Under the pieces are notes generated by a model, which was given only the letters and a program-made list of their open reading frames with translations, had not been told where the DNA came from and searched no databases. DNA of 63,889 bases, counting the filler, from Octopus bimaculoides (lineage: Eukaryota), in the NCBI RefSeq assembly GCF_001194135.2. It is 6 parts of 6 records of this genome, joined end to end, with 100 filler letters (N's around TTAATTAATTAA, not from the genome) between each part and the next. Parts side by side here need not be neighbours in the genome. Positions count along the whole stretch, not along the records: positions 3,206 to 27,549 come from NW_026329821.1; 5 more parts are not named here. One strand, given 5' to 3'. A program made the translations under genes and the position numbers. Below are positions 11,519-23,526 of the stretch, piece by piece; within the stretch, counting starts at the first letter, position 1, and every line of letters starts with the position of its first letter.

Positions 11519-12870
11519 AGCAAGATATTTGGTAGCAGAAATTATTAGACAGAAAAGGAAAAGTCACACAGTTGGTGAGAGCTTAAAACTACCAGCTTGT
11601 AAAATTGTGGTCGGTAAAATGCTTGGGCAATATGCAATACAAGCAATTGAAAATGTTCCACTTATGTTACAATAAGTCAACGCGTTGATGACATGGTACG
11701 TGACATTGAAAAACTTTGGCGTGACAAATTGAAAAATTGAAGTTTTTCTATTCAGACTGATAATTGTTGTGTAGCTTTTGTAAAATTATCAATGTGGTGA
11801 AATTCAAGAAAATTTCCTGTGTTGCAAAGAACTGCCCGAGACAAGCAAAGGAATAGATGTATTCAACATTTTTTTCCCTCATAGCGCAGGAGTGGCTGTG
11901 TGGTAAGTAGCTTGCTTACCAACCACATGGTTCCGGGTTCATTCCCACTGCGTGGCACCTTGGGCAAGTGTCTTCTACTATAGCCTCGGGCCGACCAAAG
12001 CCTTGTGAGTGGATTTGGTAGACGGAAACAGAAAGAAATCTGTCGTATANNNNNNNNNNNNNNNNNNNNNNNNNNNNNNNNNNNNNNNNNNNNNNNNNNN
12101 NNNNNNNNNNNNNNNNNNNNNNNNNNNNNNNNNNNNNNNNNNNNNNNNNNNNNNNNNNNNNNNNNNNNNNNNNNNNNNNNNNNNNNNNNNNNNNNNNNNN
12201 NNNNNNNNNNNNNNNNNNNNNNNNNNNNNNNNNNNNNNNNNNNNNNNNNNNNNNNNNNNNNNNNNNNNNNNNNNNNNNNNNNNNNNNNNNNNNNNNNNNN
12301 NNNNNNNNNNNNNNNNNNNNNNNNNNNNNNNNNNNNNNNNNNNNNNNNNNNNNNNNNNNNNNNNNNNNNNNNNNNNNNNNNNNNNNNNNNNNNNNNNNNN
12401 NNNNNNNNNNNNNNNNNNNNNNNNNNNNNNNNNNNNNNNNNNNNNNNNNNNNNNNNNNNNNNNNNNNNNNNNNNNNNNNNNNNNNNNNNNNNNNTTGTCC
12501 CCCCAACATCGCTTGACAACTGATGCTGGGGTGTTTACGTCCCCGTAACTTAGCGGTTCGGCAAAAGAGACCGATAGAATAAGTACTAGGCATCCAAAGA
12601 ATAAGTCCTTGGGTCGATTTGTTCGACTAAAGGCGGTGCTCCAGCATGGCCACAGTCAAATGACTGAAACAAGTAAAAGAGTAAAAGAGATATCTGGAAA
12701 CAAGAGGTCTCTCCTGGAAGGACTGTATTGGCATTTGTCCAGATGGCGCCCCATCAATGGTTAGCTTCCATAAAAGGTTTTGTTTCTCTTGTAACACAAA
12801 AAAAATCCCAATATAATCTCAACACACTGCTTTATCGTCTCAGAGATTATTACCACAGGAAGTAGCAAAC
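11519..12870 (+). mobile_element. hAT (Buster/Charlie-like) transposase relic split by a SINE A insertion
   Basis: ARYLVAEII..KSHTVGESLKLPAC and ENFLCCKELPETSKGIDVFNI lie before the SINE; YLETRGLSWKDCIGICPDGAPSMV and THCF resume at 12691. Confidence 0.8.
11884..12690 (+). mobile_element. SINE family A, full length, gap at internal microsatellite
   Basis: A-box TGGCTGTGTGG, B-box GGTTCATTCCC, CCTTGGGCAAGTG core, tail CAGTCAAATGACTGAAACAAGTAAAAGAGTAAAAGAG. Confidence 0.9.
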
Positions 12871-13012
12871 ACAATCTTTAATCGTAAATCAACTCACAAA
12901 AGTTGGAGAAATGACAAGGCCAAAGGAAATGAACCATTCAACTGGTCGAGTATGTGTAATCAGGTTATACGTACGTATTATAGTTCGTAATTTATTACTC
13001 CTTGGTGAATCA

Positions 13013-13055
<43 letters not shown>

Positions 13056-13418
13056 NNNNNNNNNNNNNNNNNNNNNNNNNNNNNNNNNNNNNNNNNNNNN
13101 NNNNNNNNNNNNNNNNNNNNNNNNNNNNNNNNNNNNNNNNNNNNNNNNNNNNNNNNNNNNNNNNNNNNNNNNNNNNNNNNNNNNNNNNNNNNNNNNNNNN
13201 NNNNNNNNNNNNNNNNNNNNNNNNNNNNNNNNNNNNNNNNNNNNNNNNNNNNNNNNNNNNNNNNNNNNNNNNNNNNNNNNNNNNNNNNNNNNNNNNNNNN
13301 NNNNNNNNNNNNNNNNNNNNNNNNNNNNNNNNNNNNNNNNNNNNNNNNNNNNNNNNNNNNNNNNNNNNNNNNNNNNNNNNNNNNNNNNNNNNNNNNNNNN
13401 NNNNNNNNNNNNNNNNNN

Positions 13419-13452
<34 letters not shown>

Positions 13453-13480
13453 TATATAATGGCTTTCTTTCAGTTTATAG

Positions 13481-13655
13481 CCTAGCGGTATTTCTTCTGC
13501 CGTTACGTTCTGAGTTCAAATTTCGCCGAGGTCGACTTTGCCTTTCATCCTTTCGGGGTCGATTAAATAAGTAAGCACCAGTTACGCATTGGGGTCGATG
13601 TCTGTCCTTACTTGTCCCCTCTATGTTTAGCCCACTGTGGGCAATAAAGAAATAG
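13481..13655 (+). mobile_element. SINE family C
   Basis: GTTCTGAGTTCAAATTTCGCCGAGGTCGACTTTGCCTTTCATCCTTTCGGGGTCGAT central motif. Confidence 0.8.
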
Positions 13656-13778
13656 AAATATACACCGATTGAGGAGGAAGACGTCACAAGCCAAGGCAGA
13701 CTTGATGAGAAAATGGTAGAATTTAACATAAACGTTGGTTTATGTTTTTCATATCAACGTAATAAAGAATGCTGTACT

Positions 13779-14178
13779 ATTTTACTCTTTTACTTGTTTC
13801 AGTCTTTTGACTGTGGCCATGCTGGAGCACCGCCTTTAGTCGAGCAAATCGACTCCAGGACTTATTCTTTGGAAGCCTAGTACTTATTCTATCGGTCTCT
13901 TTTGCCGAACCGCTAAGTCACGGGGACATAAACACACTAGCATCGGTTGTCAAGCGATGTTGGGAGGAGGGGGGGACAAACACACACACACATACATATA
14001 AATATACATATATACGACGGGCTTCTTTCAGTTTCCGTCTACCAAATCCACTCACAAGGCTTTGGTCAGCCCGAGGCTATAGTAGAAGACACTTGCCCAA
14101 GATGCCACGCAGTGGGACTGAATCCGGGACCATGTGGTTGGTAAGCAAGCTACTTACCACACAGCCACTCCTACGCCT
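13779..14178 (-). mobile_element. SINE family A, full length
   Basis: Complete reverse complement from tail (TTTTACTCTTTTACTTGTTTCAGTC) to head (CCACACAGCCACTCCTACGCC). Confidence 0.9.
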
Positions 14179-14389
14179 ATAATTAATTGTAGCTAATTTC
14201 TTTACAAGGTTGATTAGCGATCGCGTCTGTTTAATTAAACCTGTTAAATATCCAGTTTGAAGTAGTTGCGGATTCAGTAAATACAGACATCATACAACAG
14301 CACCGAAAGAACGAAGAAAATTGCAAGGAAAAAGCTCAATGATGGTTAAGGGGTAGTAACTCTAAATACAAACACTTGCTTTACAACTT

Positions 14390-15172
14390 CTCTGGCACTC
14401 CGTCGGTTGCGACGACGTCGAGGGTTCCAGTTGATCCGATCAACGGAACAGCCTATATTTTAAAAATATTCACGATTCCAAATGATAGAACAAGTGGGAG
14501 TTGATGGAATATCATGTTTTCTATTACAATCTGGTTTTGTTTCCACTCATTACTCTACTCTCATTGGTCCATGTAGTTCGACATCCTTCCTTCCTTCCTT
14601 GGAACTCCGTCGCTTAACGACGTCGAGGGTTCCNNNNNNNNNNNNNNNNNNNNNNNNNNNNNNNNNNNNNNNNNNNNNNNNNNNNNNNNNNNNNNNNNNN
14701 NNNNNNNNNNNNNNNNNNNNNNNNNNNNNNNNNNNNNNNNNNNNNNNNNNNNNNNNNNNNNNNNNNNNNNNNNNNNNNNNNNNNNNNNNNNNNNNNNNNN
14801 NNNNNNNNNNNNNNNNNNNNNNNNNNNNNNNNNNNNNNNNNNNNNNNNNNNNNNNNNNNNNNNNNNNNNNNNNNNNNNNNNNNNNNNNNNNNNNNNNNNN
14901 NNNNNNNNNNNNNNNNNNNNNNNNNNNNNNNNNNNNNNNNNNNNNNNNNNNNNNNNNNNNNNNNNNNNNNNNNNNNNNNNNNNNNNNNNNNNNNNNNNNN
15001 NNNNNNNNNNNNNNNNNNNNNNNNNNNNNNNNNNNNNNNCTGAGTACTCCACAGACACGTGTACCCTTAACGTAGTTCTCGGGGATATTCAGCGTGACAC
15101 AGGGTGTGACAAGGCTGACCCCTTTGAATTACAGACACAACAGAATCAGGAAGTAAGAGTGAGAGAAAGTTG
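14390..15172 (-). mobile_element. SINE family B fragments (two 3' ends, one continuing across a gap)
   Basis: GGCACTCCGTCG...GACGTCGAGGGTTCCAG at about 14394 and 14591; body resumes at 15040. Confidence 0.75.
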
Positions 15173-15241
15173 TCTTTCGTCTCGTTCTGTCTCTCCTTCT
15201 CTTACACATACATTATCTTCCAGTTTTTCCATTTATTTCTT

Positions 15242-15313
<72 letters not shown>

Positions 15314-15517
15314 ACTCACTCACTCTTATCGTCTCCTTTCTCTCTCCCTCTCTGCTATCGTCTGCTTTTGATTTCTCTCTCTCCCTCTTTTTCTCTCTCT
15401 CTCTCTCTTGTCACCTTTTCATTTCTCTCTCTCTCCCTCACACTCTTATCGTCTGCTTTTCACTTCTTTCACTCTCTCTCGCTTTCACACATTTTTATCG
15501 TCTGCTTTTCATTGTTT

Positions 15518-15556
<39 letters not shown>

Positions 15557-16299
15557 GCTCTCTTATCGTCTACTTTTGATTTCTCTCTCTCTCTCTCTCT
15601 CTCTCCTAACGAAGTTCTTTATCGCTTGTTTTATACCGCGTCTCCGTCCCTCTCTATCACACACGCACTCTTTCTCTCTCTCTCTCTAATCTCCCTCACT
15701 CTTAAAATAACATATTTCTCTTTATTCATTGACATACACTCTTTCCCACAATCCTCCCCCTACTCTCTCCCCTTATCTCTCTCTCTCTATCTTTCGTTTC
15801 CCTCTTAATCAATCTATCCCCCTCCCTCACAATCTGTCTTTCTCGCAGTACGTTTCACCTCTTCCTCCTCCTTCTCCGTCAGTGACAGCAGCCTCTCTCC
15901 CTCTCCATCTCCCTCTCACACAGCTACGCACACTTACGCTATCAGTAGTCGTCACTCCCTTTCTGTCAATGCTCCTCTCTCTCTATCTCTTTCTTTCTCT
16001 CTTACTCCCTCTTTCCCTCCTCATCGTTTCAAACGCTCTCCCTCTCATATCTATTATCCGCTCTAAAACCACCCTTCCCTTCACACACACACATTTTCTC
16101 TCTATAGCTATAACCCTCTCATTCTCCTACCACCACTCTACGCGCTTATACTCTTTCTCTCTTTCTCTCTCTTTCCAACTCTTACCTCCCCGTCTACGAT
16201 TTACCTACACGCCTCTTCCTCTCCCTCTTTGAAAGCCACGTATACACTATATACCTCTTTTTCTCACACCTTCTCTACACCCGCTTTACTCCCTCCCTT

Positions 16300-16363
<64 letters not shown>

Positions 16364-16730
16364 ACCTTCGATATCCCGGTTTTATTTCCTCTCTGCGTTT
16401 TCTATATTTCACTTTCTCCTCCCCTTCTCTCTCTCTCTCTTTCTCTCTCCTCTTTTCGTCTGCTTTTCATCTCCGTCACTCTCTCTCTCTCTCTCTCTCC
16501 CTCTCTCTCCCTCTCTCTCTCTCTCTCTATCCCTCTTCCACTACACCTCCTTAACGCCTTCACTCGCAAAGCTAACATATCCTCTTCTTCTCCGTCCCTA
16601 CAACAGCTATACTACCTCCCTCTCTCCCTCTCTCTCTCCCTATCTCTCTCCGTCACACTCTATCTGTTACACTCTCTCTATCTGTCACACTCTCTCTCTA
16701 TCTGTCACTCTCTCTCTCTATCGCTCTCCC
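15172..16730. repeat. About 1.55 kb CT-rich polypyrimidine tract with recurring CTCTTATCGTCTGCTTTT motif
   Basis: Plus strand is strongly purine-poor, with (CT)n runs interrupted by variants of the same motif. Confidence 0.9.
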
Positions 16731-17039
16731 TTCGATACGCTCAGTCTTCAGGTGTGACAAATATACGAAGCGCCAAGGTGAGTAAAACGCCTTTTTTCTT
16801 GTGTTTATTTTATATCAAACTGAGATTATTTTTTCTTCACTTCGAACCCCTAAACCCGGCACACACACACACACACACATACACACACACACACACATAC
16901 ACGTACATACATACATATATACATATATACATCCGTACATTCCGTTGACGTATGGTAGCTCCTGCAAATCGATTTTTACTTCCGTCGTCAGAAACCGGCT
17001 ACAACAATTAACTATACATCCTTTTATTCTGTTATCCTA

Positions 17040-17458
17040 TTACTTGTTTCAGTCATTTTGACTGCGGCCATGCTGGAGCACCGCCCCCCAGTCGAACAAA
17101 TCGACCCCTGGACTTATTCTTAGTAAGCCTAGCGCTTATTCTATCGGTCTGTTTGGCCGAACCGCTTGACTACGAGTCCGTAAACACACCAGCATCAGTT
17201 GTCAAGCGATGGTGGGGGACAAACACACACACACAAATACACACACACGCACACATACACACACATATATATATATATACATTTATATATATATATAGAC
17301 AGGCTTCTTTCAGTTTCTGTTTACCAAATCCACTCACAAGGCTCTGGTTGGCCCGAGGCCATAGTAGAAGACACTTGCCCAAGGTGTCACGCAGTGAGAC
17401 AACCTGGAACCATGTGGTTAGTAAGCAAGCTTCTTACCACACAGCCACTCTTGCGCCT
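17040..17458 (-). mobile_element. SINE family A, full length
   Basis: Reverse complement of tail, internal (CA)/(TA) tract and head (CCACACAGCCACTCTTGCGCC). Confidence 0.88.
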
Positions 17459-18232
17459 CACTAAACCTTTTTTGTATTTTCTCTCTCTGTTTATTTCTGT
17501 GTTACTTTCTGCTGAAGAGCGTAGGCTCGAAACATAAAAGACTTCCGCACTTCCCGAGCGTTTGTTGTTTACACACCTGTCTTCGTCTTTTATTTTGTTT
17601 ATTTTTTTTGTAAATTCCAAATATATATATATANNNNNNNNNNNNNNNNNNNNNNNNNNNNNNNNNNNNNNNNNNNNNNNNNNNNNNNNNNNNNNNNNNN
17701 NNNNNNNNNNNNNNNNNNNNNNNNNNNNNNNNNNNNNNNNNNNNNNNNNNNNNNNNNNNNNNNNNNNNNNNNNNNNNNNNNNNNNNNNNNNNNNNNNNNN
17801 NNNNNNNNNNNNNNNNNNNNNNNNNNNNNNNNNNNNNNNNNNNNNNNNNNNNNNNNNNNNNNNNNNNNNNNNNNNNNNNNNNNNNNNNNNNNNNNNNNNN
17901 NNNNNNNNNNNNNNNNNNNNNNNNNNNNNNNNNNNNNNNNNNNNNNNNNNNNNNNNNNNNNNNNNNNNNNNNNNNNNNNNNNNNNNNNNNNNNNNNNNNN
18001 NNNNNNNNNNNNNNNNNNNNNNNNNNNNNNNNNNNNNNNNNNNNNNNNNNNNNNNNNNNNNNNNNNNNNNNNNNNNNNNNNNNNNNNNNNNNNNNNNNNN
18101 NNNNNNNNNNNNNNNNNNNNNNNNNNNNNNNNNNNNNNNNNNNNNNNNNNNNNNNNNNNNNNNNNNNNNNNNNNNNNNNNNNNNNNNNNNNNNNNNNNNN
18201 NNNNNNNNNNNNNNNNNNNNNNNNNNNNNNNN

Positions 18233-18415
18233 GCTACACCAGGCTCCAATCTGATTTGGCAGAGTTTCTACAGCTGGATGCCCTTCCTATTCCAGGTGTA
18301 GAAACTCTGCCAGATCAGATTGGAGTCTGGTGTAGCCATCTCGTTCACCAGTCCTCAGTCAAACCGTCCAACCAATGCTAGCATGGAAAGCGGATGTTAA
18401 ACGATGATGATGATA
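18233..18415. mobile_element. Family D, inverted pair forming a hairpin
   Basis: 18233-18272 is the reverse complement of 18297-18336 apart from two G-U positions; the plus copy continues to a (GAT)n tail. Confidence 0.8.
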
Positions 18416-18699
18416 TAATACATTGTATTGAAATAAATAAGTTTCCCCCAAATTAGACATATATATAGAAACATACACAAAACATACACACACACATATA
18501 TACATACAATTGACCCACATACATACTCTCACAGACACACAAATATTTTACCCAAACATTTCCATAAACACTCCCAAACATTCACACACTTATCGAGCCT
18601 TACACTAAAAATACAATAGATTTCTTCCAAGCAGTCTTGGATGAATAGGTTTATCTTTTGATATCGTGTTTCACTAAAATGTAGAAAATATGATTTTTC

Positions 18700-18906
18700 T
18701 GGGGGTGGGGGTGGGGGTTATTGAAAACCTTGTAGATTTTTTTAACAGACTTCCGGGAGACTACCTTTATGGAATATCGCAGTATAGACTGTGGCCCTCT
18801 TGAGCACGGGTCCCCCTTCGGCGCGGGTCCCCCTTCGGCGCGGGTCCCCCTTCGGCGCGGGTCCCGATTGAGAGCAATCAGTCCACTCAGCTTAAGGCCA
18901 GCCCTG
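18700..18906. mobile_element. End of a probable hAT-type MITE with a 17-bp GC-rich tandem repeat
   Basis: (GGGTCCCCCTTCGGCGC)x3 at 18808-18858, then CTTAAGGCCAGCCCTG, which resembles remembered CAGGGCCGGCCTTAAG termini. The other end was not found. Confidence 0.5.
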
Positions 18907-19908
18907 CTTCCACACTCGACAGTTTCCAACTTCCACACTCAACTTCCACACATCTCTAGATTCCTTTTCTACTCTTCCACACACGACAATTTCAACATTC
19001 TGCCCCCAACTTTTGCATATTCAAACTTCCTTTCTACTCTTCCACACTCGACAGNNNNNNNNNNNNNNNNNNNNNNNNNNNNNNNNNNNNNNNNNNNNNN
19101 NNNNNNNNNNNNNNNNNNNNNNNNNNNNNNNNNNNNNNNNNNNNNNNNNNNNNNNNNNNNNNNNNNNNNNNNNNNNNNNNNNNNNNNNNNNNNNNNNNNN
19201 NNNNNNNNNNNNNNNNNNNNNNNNNNNNNNNNNNNNNNNNNNNNNNNNNNNNNNNNNNNNNNNNNNNNNNNNNNNNNNNNNNNNNNNNNNNNNNNNNNNN
19301 NNNNNNNNNNNNNNNNNNNNNNNNNNNNNNNNNNNNNNNNNNNNNNNNNNNNNNNNNNNNNNNNNNNNNNNNNNNNNNNNNNNNNNNNNNNNNNNNNNNN
19401 NNNNNNNNNNNNNNNNNNNNNNNNNNNNNNNNNNNNNNNNNNNNNNNNNNNNNNNNNNNNNNNNNNNNNNNNNNNNNNNNNNNNNNNNNNNNNNNNNNNN
19501 NNNNNNNNNNNNNNNNNNNNNNNNNNNNNNNNNNNNNNNNNNNNNNNNNNNNNNNNNNNNNNNNNNNNNNNNNNNNNNNNNNNNNNNNNNNNNNNNNNNN
19601 NNNNNNNNNNNNNNNNNNNNNNNNNNNNNNNNNNNNNNNNNNNNNNNNNNNNNNNNNNNNNNNNNNNNNNNNNNNNNNNNNNNNNNNNNNNNNNNNNNNN
19701 NNNNNNNNNNNNNNNNNNNNNNNNNNNNNNNNNNNNNNNNNNNNNNNNNNNNNNNNNNNNNNNNNNNNNNNNNNNNNNNNNNNNNNNNNNNNNNNNNNNN
19801 NNNNNNNNNNNNNNNNNNNNNNNNNNNNNNNNNNNNNNNNNNNNNNNNNNNNNNNNNNNNNNNNNNNNNNNNNNNNNNNNNNNNNNNNNNNNNNNNNNNN
19901 NNNNNNNT

Positions 19909-20841
19909 TTCAGCCTGTCCCGCAACAGCTGGTGGCAGAAAGAGCAGAGTGTGAGGCGGACGAAGACGGGGCAGTCGTCAAGAAGAGGGGCCGGCGGTGG
20001 GGGACCCATTCCAGCTCCCCCACCCGACCCGCCGGCCCCGAAGCCACTCTTTGACCACGTCATAATGCATTTCGTCGACTCGAGCCTGTACAGGGAGAAG
20101 AAACGAAGTTTTGTACCCCCGCTGTGGTCGTCAGAGAACGAGGCACACAAGGGTGAAGGCGGTGGCAGCGCCAAAAGCACTACAACAAATGACATGGAGG
20201 AGTCTGAAGTTGTGGTGGCCATGGATGGGTTGGTGAGGTCATCGGTGAATGAGGGTTTCGAGAAAGTACTTCGGTTGCTGGTTGCGAATGATAGTGGAAT
20301 CCGTATGTCTGAACATGGATATATCTTCGTTGCAGGCGATGTCTTGTTGGACGAGACAACGTTCTATAACCTCGTCAATTATGTACAGATCAAAAGCATG
20401 TCAAAAACGACGGCGCGAACTGTCAACACAAACGAGAAAAATGTCAAAAGGCAGCTGTTGTTCAACGGTGGTGACGGTGGTACTGGCGGACGAGCAGCTT
20501 TCAGATCGTCAATGGCCATGGCACAAACGTGGGACGATGGGAAGAACTGTACTCACCACCGTCGTCATCACGAATCTCCTCGTTATCGGCCGGGCGCAAA
20601 TGTCAAACATGGCAACGACTGTGAGTTCGTCGAAGGAATCGTAGTGACACCTGACAAACTGGACGAGTTCAGGAGACAACGCACGGCTGTCAACTGCGGT
20701 AGCAGCTCCGATGGACAGACGAGAAGATGCAAGACAAAGCAGGCCGAAGGCAGGTTCGCAGATTCAGACACAGGAGGAGCCACGAGTTCTCACTTCTACC
20801 TTGCGGACGCTTCTTATGTCCAGTGTTTCTTCAACTCAAAG
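19909..20841 (+). CDS. CHSY-like gene B, exon encoding a degenerate GT31-like domain
   Basis: Open for about 310 codons and GC-rich. Donor AAG|GTAAAA at 20841, phase 0, matches the 24508 acceptor. Weak collinear similarity to the CHSY N-domain: YIFVAGDVLL at WFMRADDDVYI, EFVEGIVVT at FCMGGPGVIMS, ADASYVQCF at HEDVEVGRCV. The 5' boundary is either TTCAG|C at 19914 or lies in the preceding gap. Confidence 0.75.
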
Positions 20842-20869
20842 GTAAAAACGCATCTTTTGGTAGCTCCTT

Positions 20870-21195
20870 TATTCTTCTTCTTTTTCTTCTTCTTCTTCTT
20901 TGTCTTCTTCTTCTCTTCCTTGCCTCCCTCTTCTTCTTCTTCTTCTTCTTCTCATTTTCCTTCTTCTTTTCCTTCTTCTCCTTCTTCTTCTTCTTCTTCT
21001 TTTTTTCCTTCTTCTTCTTCTTCTTCTTCTTCTTCTTTTCCTTCTTCTTTCCCTTCTTCTTCTTCTTCTTTTCCTTCTTCTTCTTCTTCTTCTTCTTCTT
21101 TTCCTTCTTCTTCTTCTTCTTCTTCTTCTTCTTCTTCTTCTTCTTCTTCTTCTTCTCTTCCTTGCCTCCCTCTTCTTCTTCTTCTTCTTCTTCTC
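20870..21195. repeat. Interrupted (TTC)n tract
   Basis: About 320 bp of TTC with TTT/TCC interruptions, starting about 30 nt after the donor. Confidence 0.95.
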
Positions 21196-21284
21196 ATTAT
21201 ATACATACATAAATAAATATACAGACGCCTACATACACACGCATTCATTCATTCATTCATTCATTCATACATACTTACATACAT

Positions 21285-21320
<36 letters not shown>

Positions 21321-21621
21321 GTGTGTGCATATATATTCATATGCCTTTCTATATTTATTTACAGAGCCTATTTTAGAGGTGACTGGTGCGACGTGGCAGC
21401 CAATGCGTCTTTCGTTTTCTTCTCCAACAGTCTGTTATAAATCAAAGGAGATTTAGTTGTTATTTTTCGCAGATCAAGTAACCTACCACCACCAACACCA
21501 GCACCACACCCTGTCATGAGAAATTTACTATGGATTACGTGGACTGGCCTATTCATGAATAATTGCATAGAAAAACATTATTGTTTTCTATATAATATAT
21601 TTATACGTACACACTCTATCC

Positions 21622-21664
<43 letters not shown>

Positions 21665-22519
21665 NNNNNNNNNNNNNNNNNNNNNNNNNNNNNNNNNNNN
21701 NNNNNNNNNNNNNNNNNNNNNNNNNNNNNNNNNNNNNNNNNNNNNNNNNNNNNNNNNNNNNNNNNNNNNNNNNNNNNNNNNNNNNNNNNNNNNNNNNNNN
21801 NNNNNNNNNNNNNNNNNNNNNNNNNNNNNNNNNNNNNNNNNNNNNNNNNNNNNNNNNNNNNNNNNNNNNNNNNNNNNNNNNNNNNNNNNNNNNNNNNNNN
21901 NNNNNNNNNNNNNNNNNNNNNNNNNNNNNNNNNNNNNNNNNNNNNNNNNNNNNNNNNNNNNNNNNNNNNNNNNNNNNNNNNNNNNNNNNNNNNNNNNNNN
22001 NNNNNNNNNNNNNNNNNNNNNNNNNNNNNNNNNNNNNNNNNNNNNNNNNNNNNNNNNNNNNNNNNNNNNNNNNNNNNNNNNNNNNNNNNNNNNNNNNNNN
22101 NNNNNNNNNNNNNNNNNNNNNNNNNNNNNNNNNNNNNNNNNNNNNNNNNNNNNNNNNNNNNNNNNNNNNNNNNNNNNNNNNNNNNNNNNNNNNNNNNNNN
22201 NNNNNNNNNNNNNNNNNNNNNNNNNNNNNNNNNNNNNNNNNNNNNNNNNNNNNNNNNNNNNNNNNNNNNNNNNNNNNNNNNNNNNNNNNNNNNNNNNNNN
22301 NNNNNNNNNNNNNNNNNNNNNNNNNNNNNNNNNNNNNNNNNNNNNNNNNNNNNNNNNNNNNNNNNNNNNNNNNNNNNNNNNNNNNNNNNNNNNNNNNNNN
22401 NNNNNNNNNNNNNNNNNNNNNNNNNNNNNNNNNNNNNNNNNNNNNNNNNNNNNNNNNNNNNNNNNNNNNNNNNNNNNNNNNNNNNNNNNNNNNNNNNNNN
22501 NNNNNNNNNNNNNNNNNNN

Positions 22520-22561
<42 letters not shown>

Positions 22562-23526
22562 TCGGTGGCCACATAGACTCTTGAGCTAGAAATAAAAATC
22601 CCAAATTTCTTATATTCCCTCTCTATCAATGTAAAGACAGAAACGCTACACAAGAAAGAATCAACATGGAGAATCTTTTTTATTGAAAAATTCCAAACAC
22701 TTCTTAATATATAAACTCCACGGGGACTATATTCTTTTTTCTAACCTACCTCATTAAATCTTAGAACAGACAAAAGCATCCTGCTTACAAAGAATCCAGC
22801 ATTCAAATTAAAGAGTACGAAACTCACAGAATTATCTTCCCTTATCCACAGTAACTTTATAATCCCTTCCCTATTTCCAATTTGACGCATAAACATCCAG
22901 CCTTTTTGAAACAAAAAACACTACACAGAAACACATGCATCCTAACCCTTCCAACAATTTTTTCCAAGGAAAACCAGTGATCGTTAAAAGTTTAAAGACA
23001 CTATGATGTATTGGTATATTTATTTTTTTATACATTTTTTTTTTTTTTTTAAACATTTTTTACCTCCTTTCCATTTATATTAAATTATGCTTTCAGTTTA
23101 GCATTCATCATCATCATCGTCGTTGTCAAGCAATAGTGGGGGTACAAACACAGACACACACAAATATACACATATACACGACAATCTTCTTTCAGTTTCC
23201 GTGTACGAAATCCACTCCCAAGGTTTTGTCTGAAATTATAAAGTGTTTCCCCATAATGAAACTAATTGAAATTGAAACCATATAATAGTGAAACAATTAT
23301 ATCACCTTACAACAGACGTATGATTGTTTAACTTTGGACATGTAATACCGAAACGGTGTAAATGATTGCTCCAGGCTTGCATTGCGCTAGACTGAAAATT
23401 TGTTTGGCCCATGACAACCCATACAACCTAAGTAACGTATATATGCAATTTGAATAAAATCGGTTGGGTAGTTCTCGAATTTCAGAGATGTATATCTATA
23501 TATATACATGTATATACATACATATA

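Noticed and set aside
8313-13574. Long ORFs spanning N runs (also 17562-22653, 34689-35609, 45609-48768, 52737-53642)
   Set aside because: N codons never read as stops, so the lengths are artefacts.
18808-18864. GC-rich 17-bp direct repeats as a CRISPR array
   Set aside because: No spacers, eukaryotic context, no cas genes.
18769-19054. MEYRSIDCGP... as the N-terminus of the 815-aa ORF
   Set aside because: It is a MITE end with a 17-bp tandem repeat and a short local repeat; it joins the real exon only through an 854-N gap.
20842-21376. Poly-Ser/Phe/Leu/Arg/Glu ORFs
   Set aside because: All frames of the intronic (TTC)n tract.
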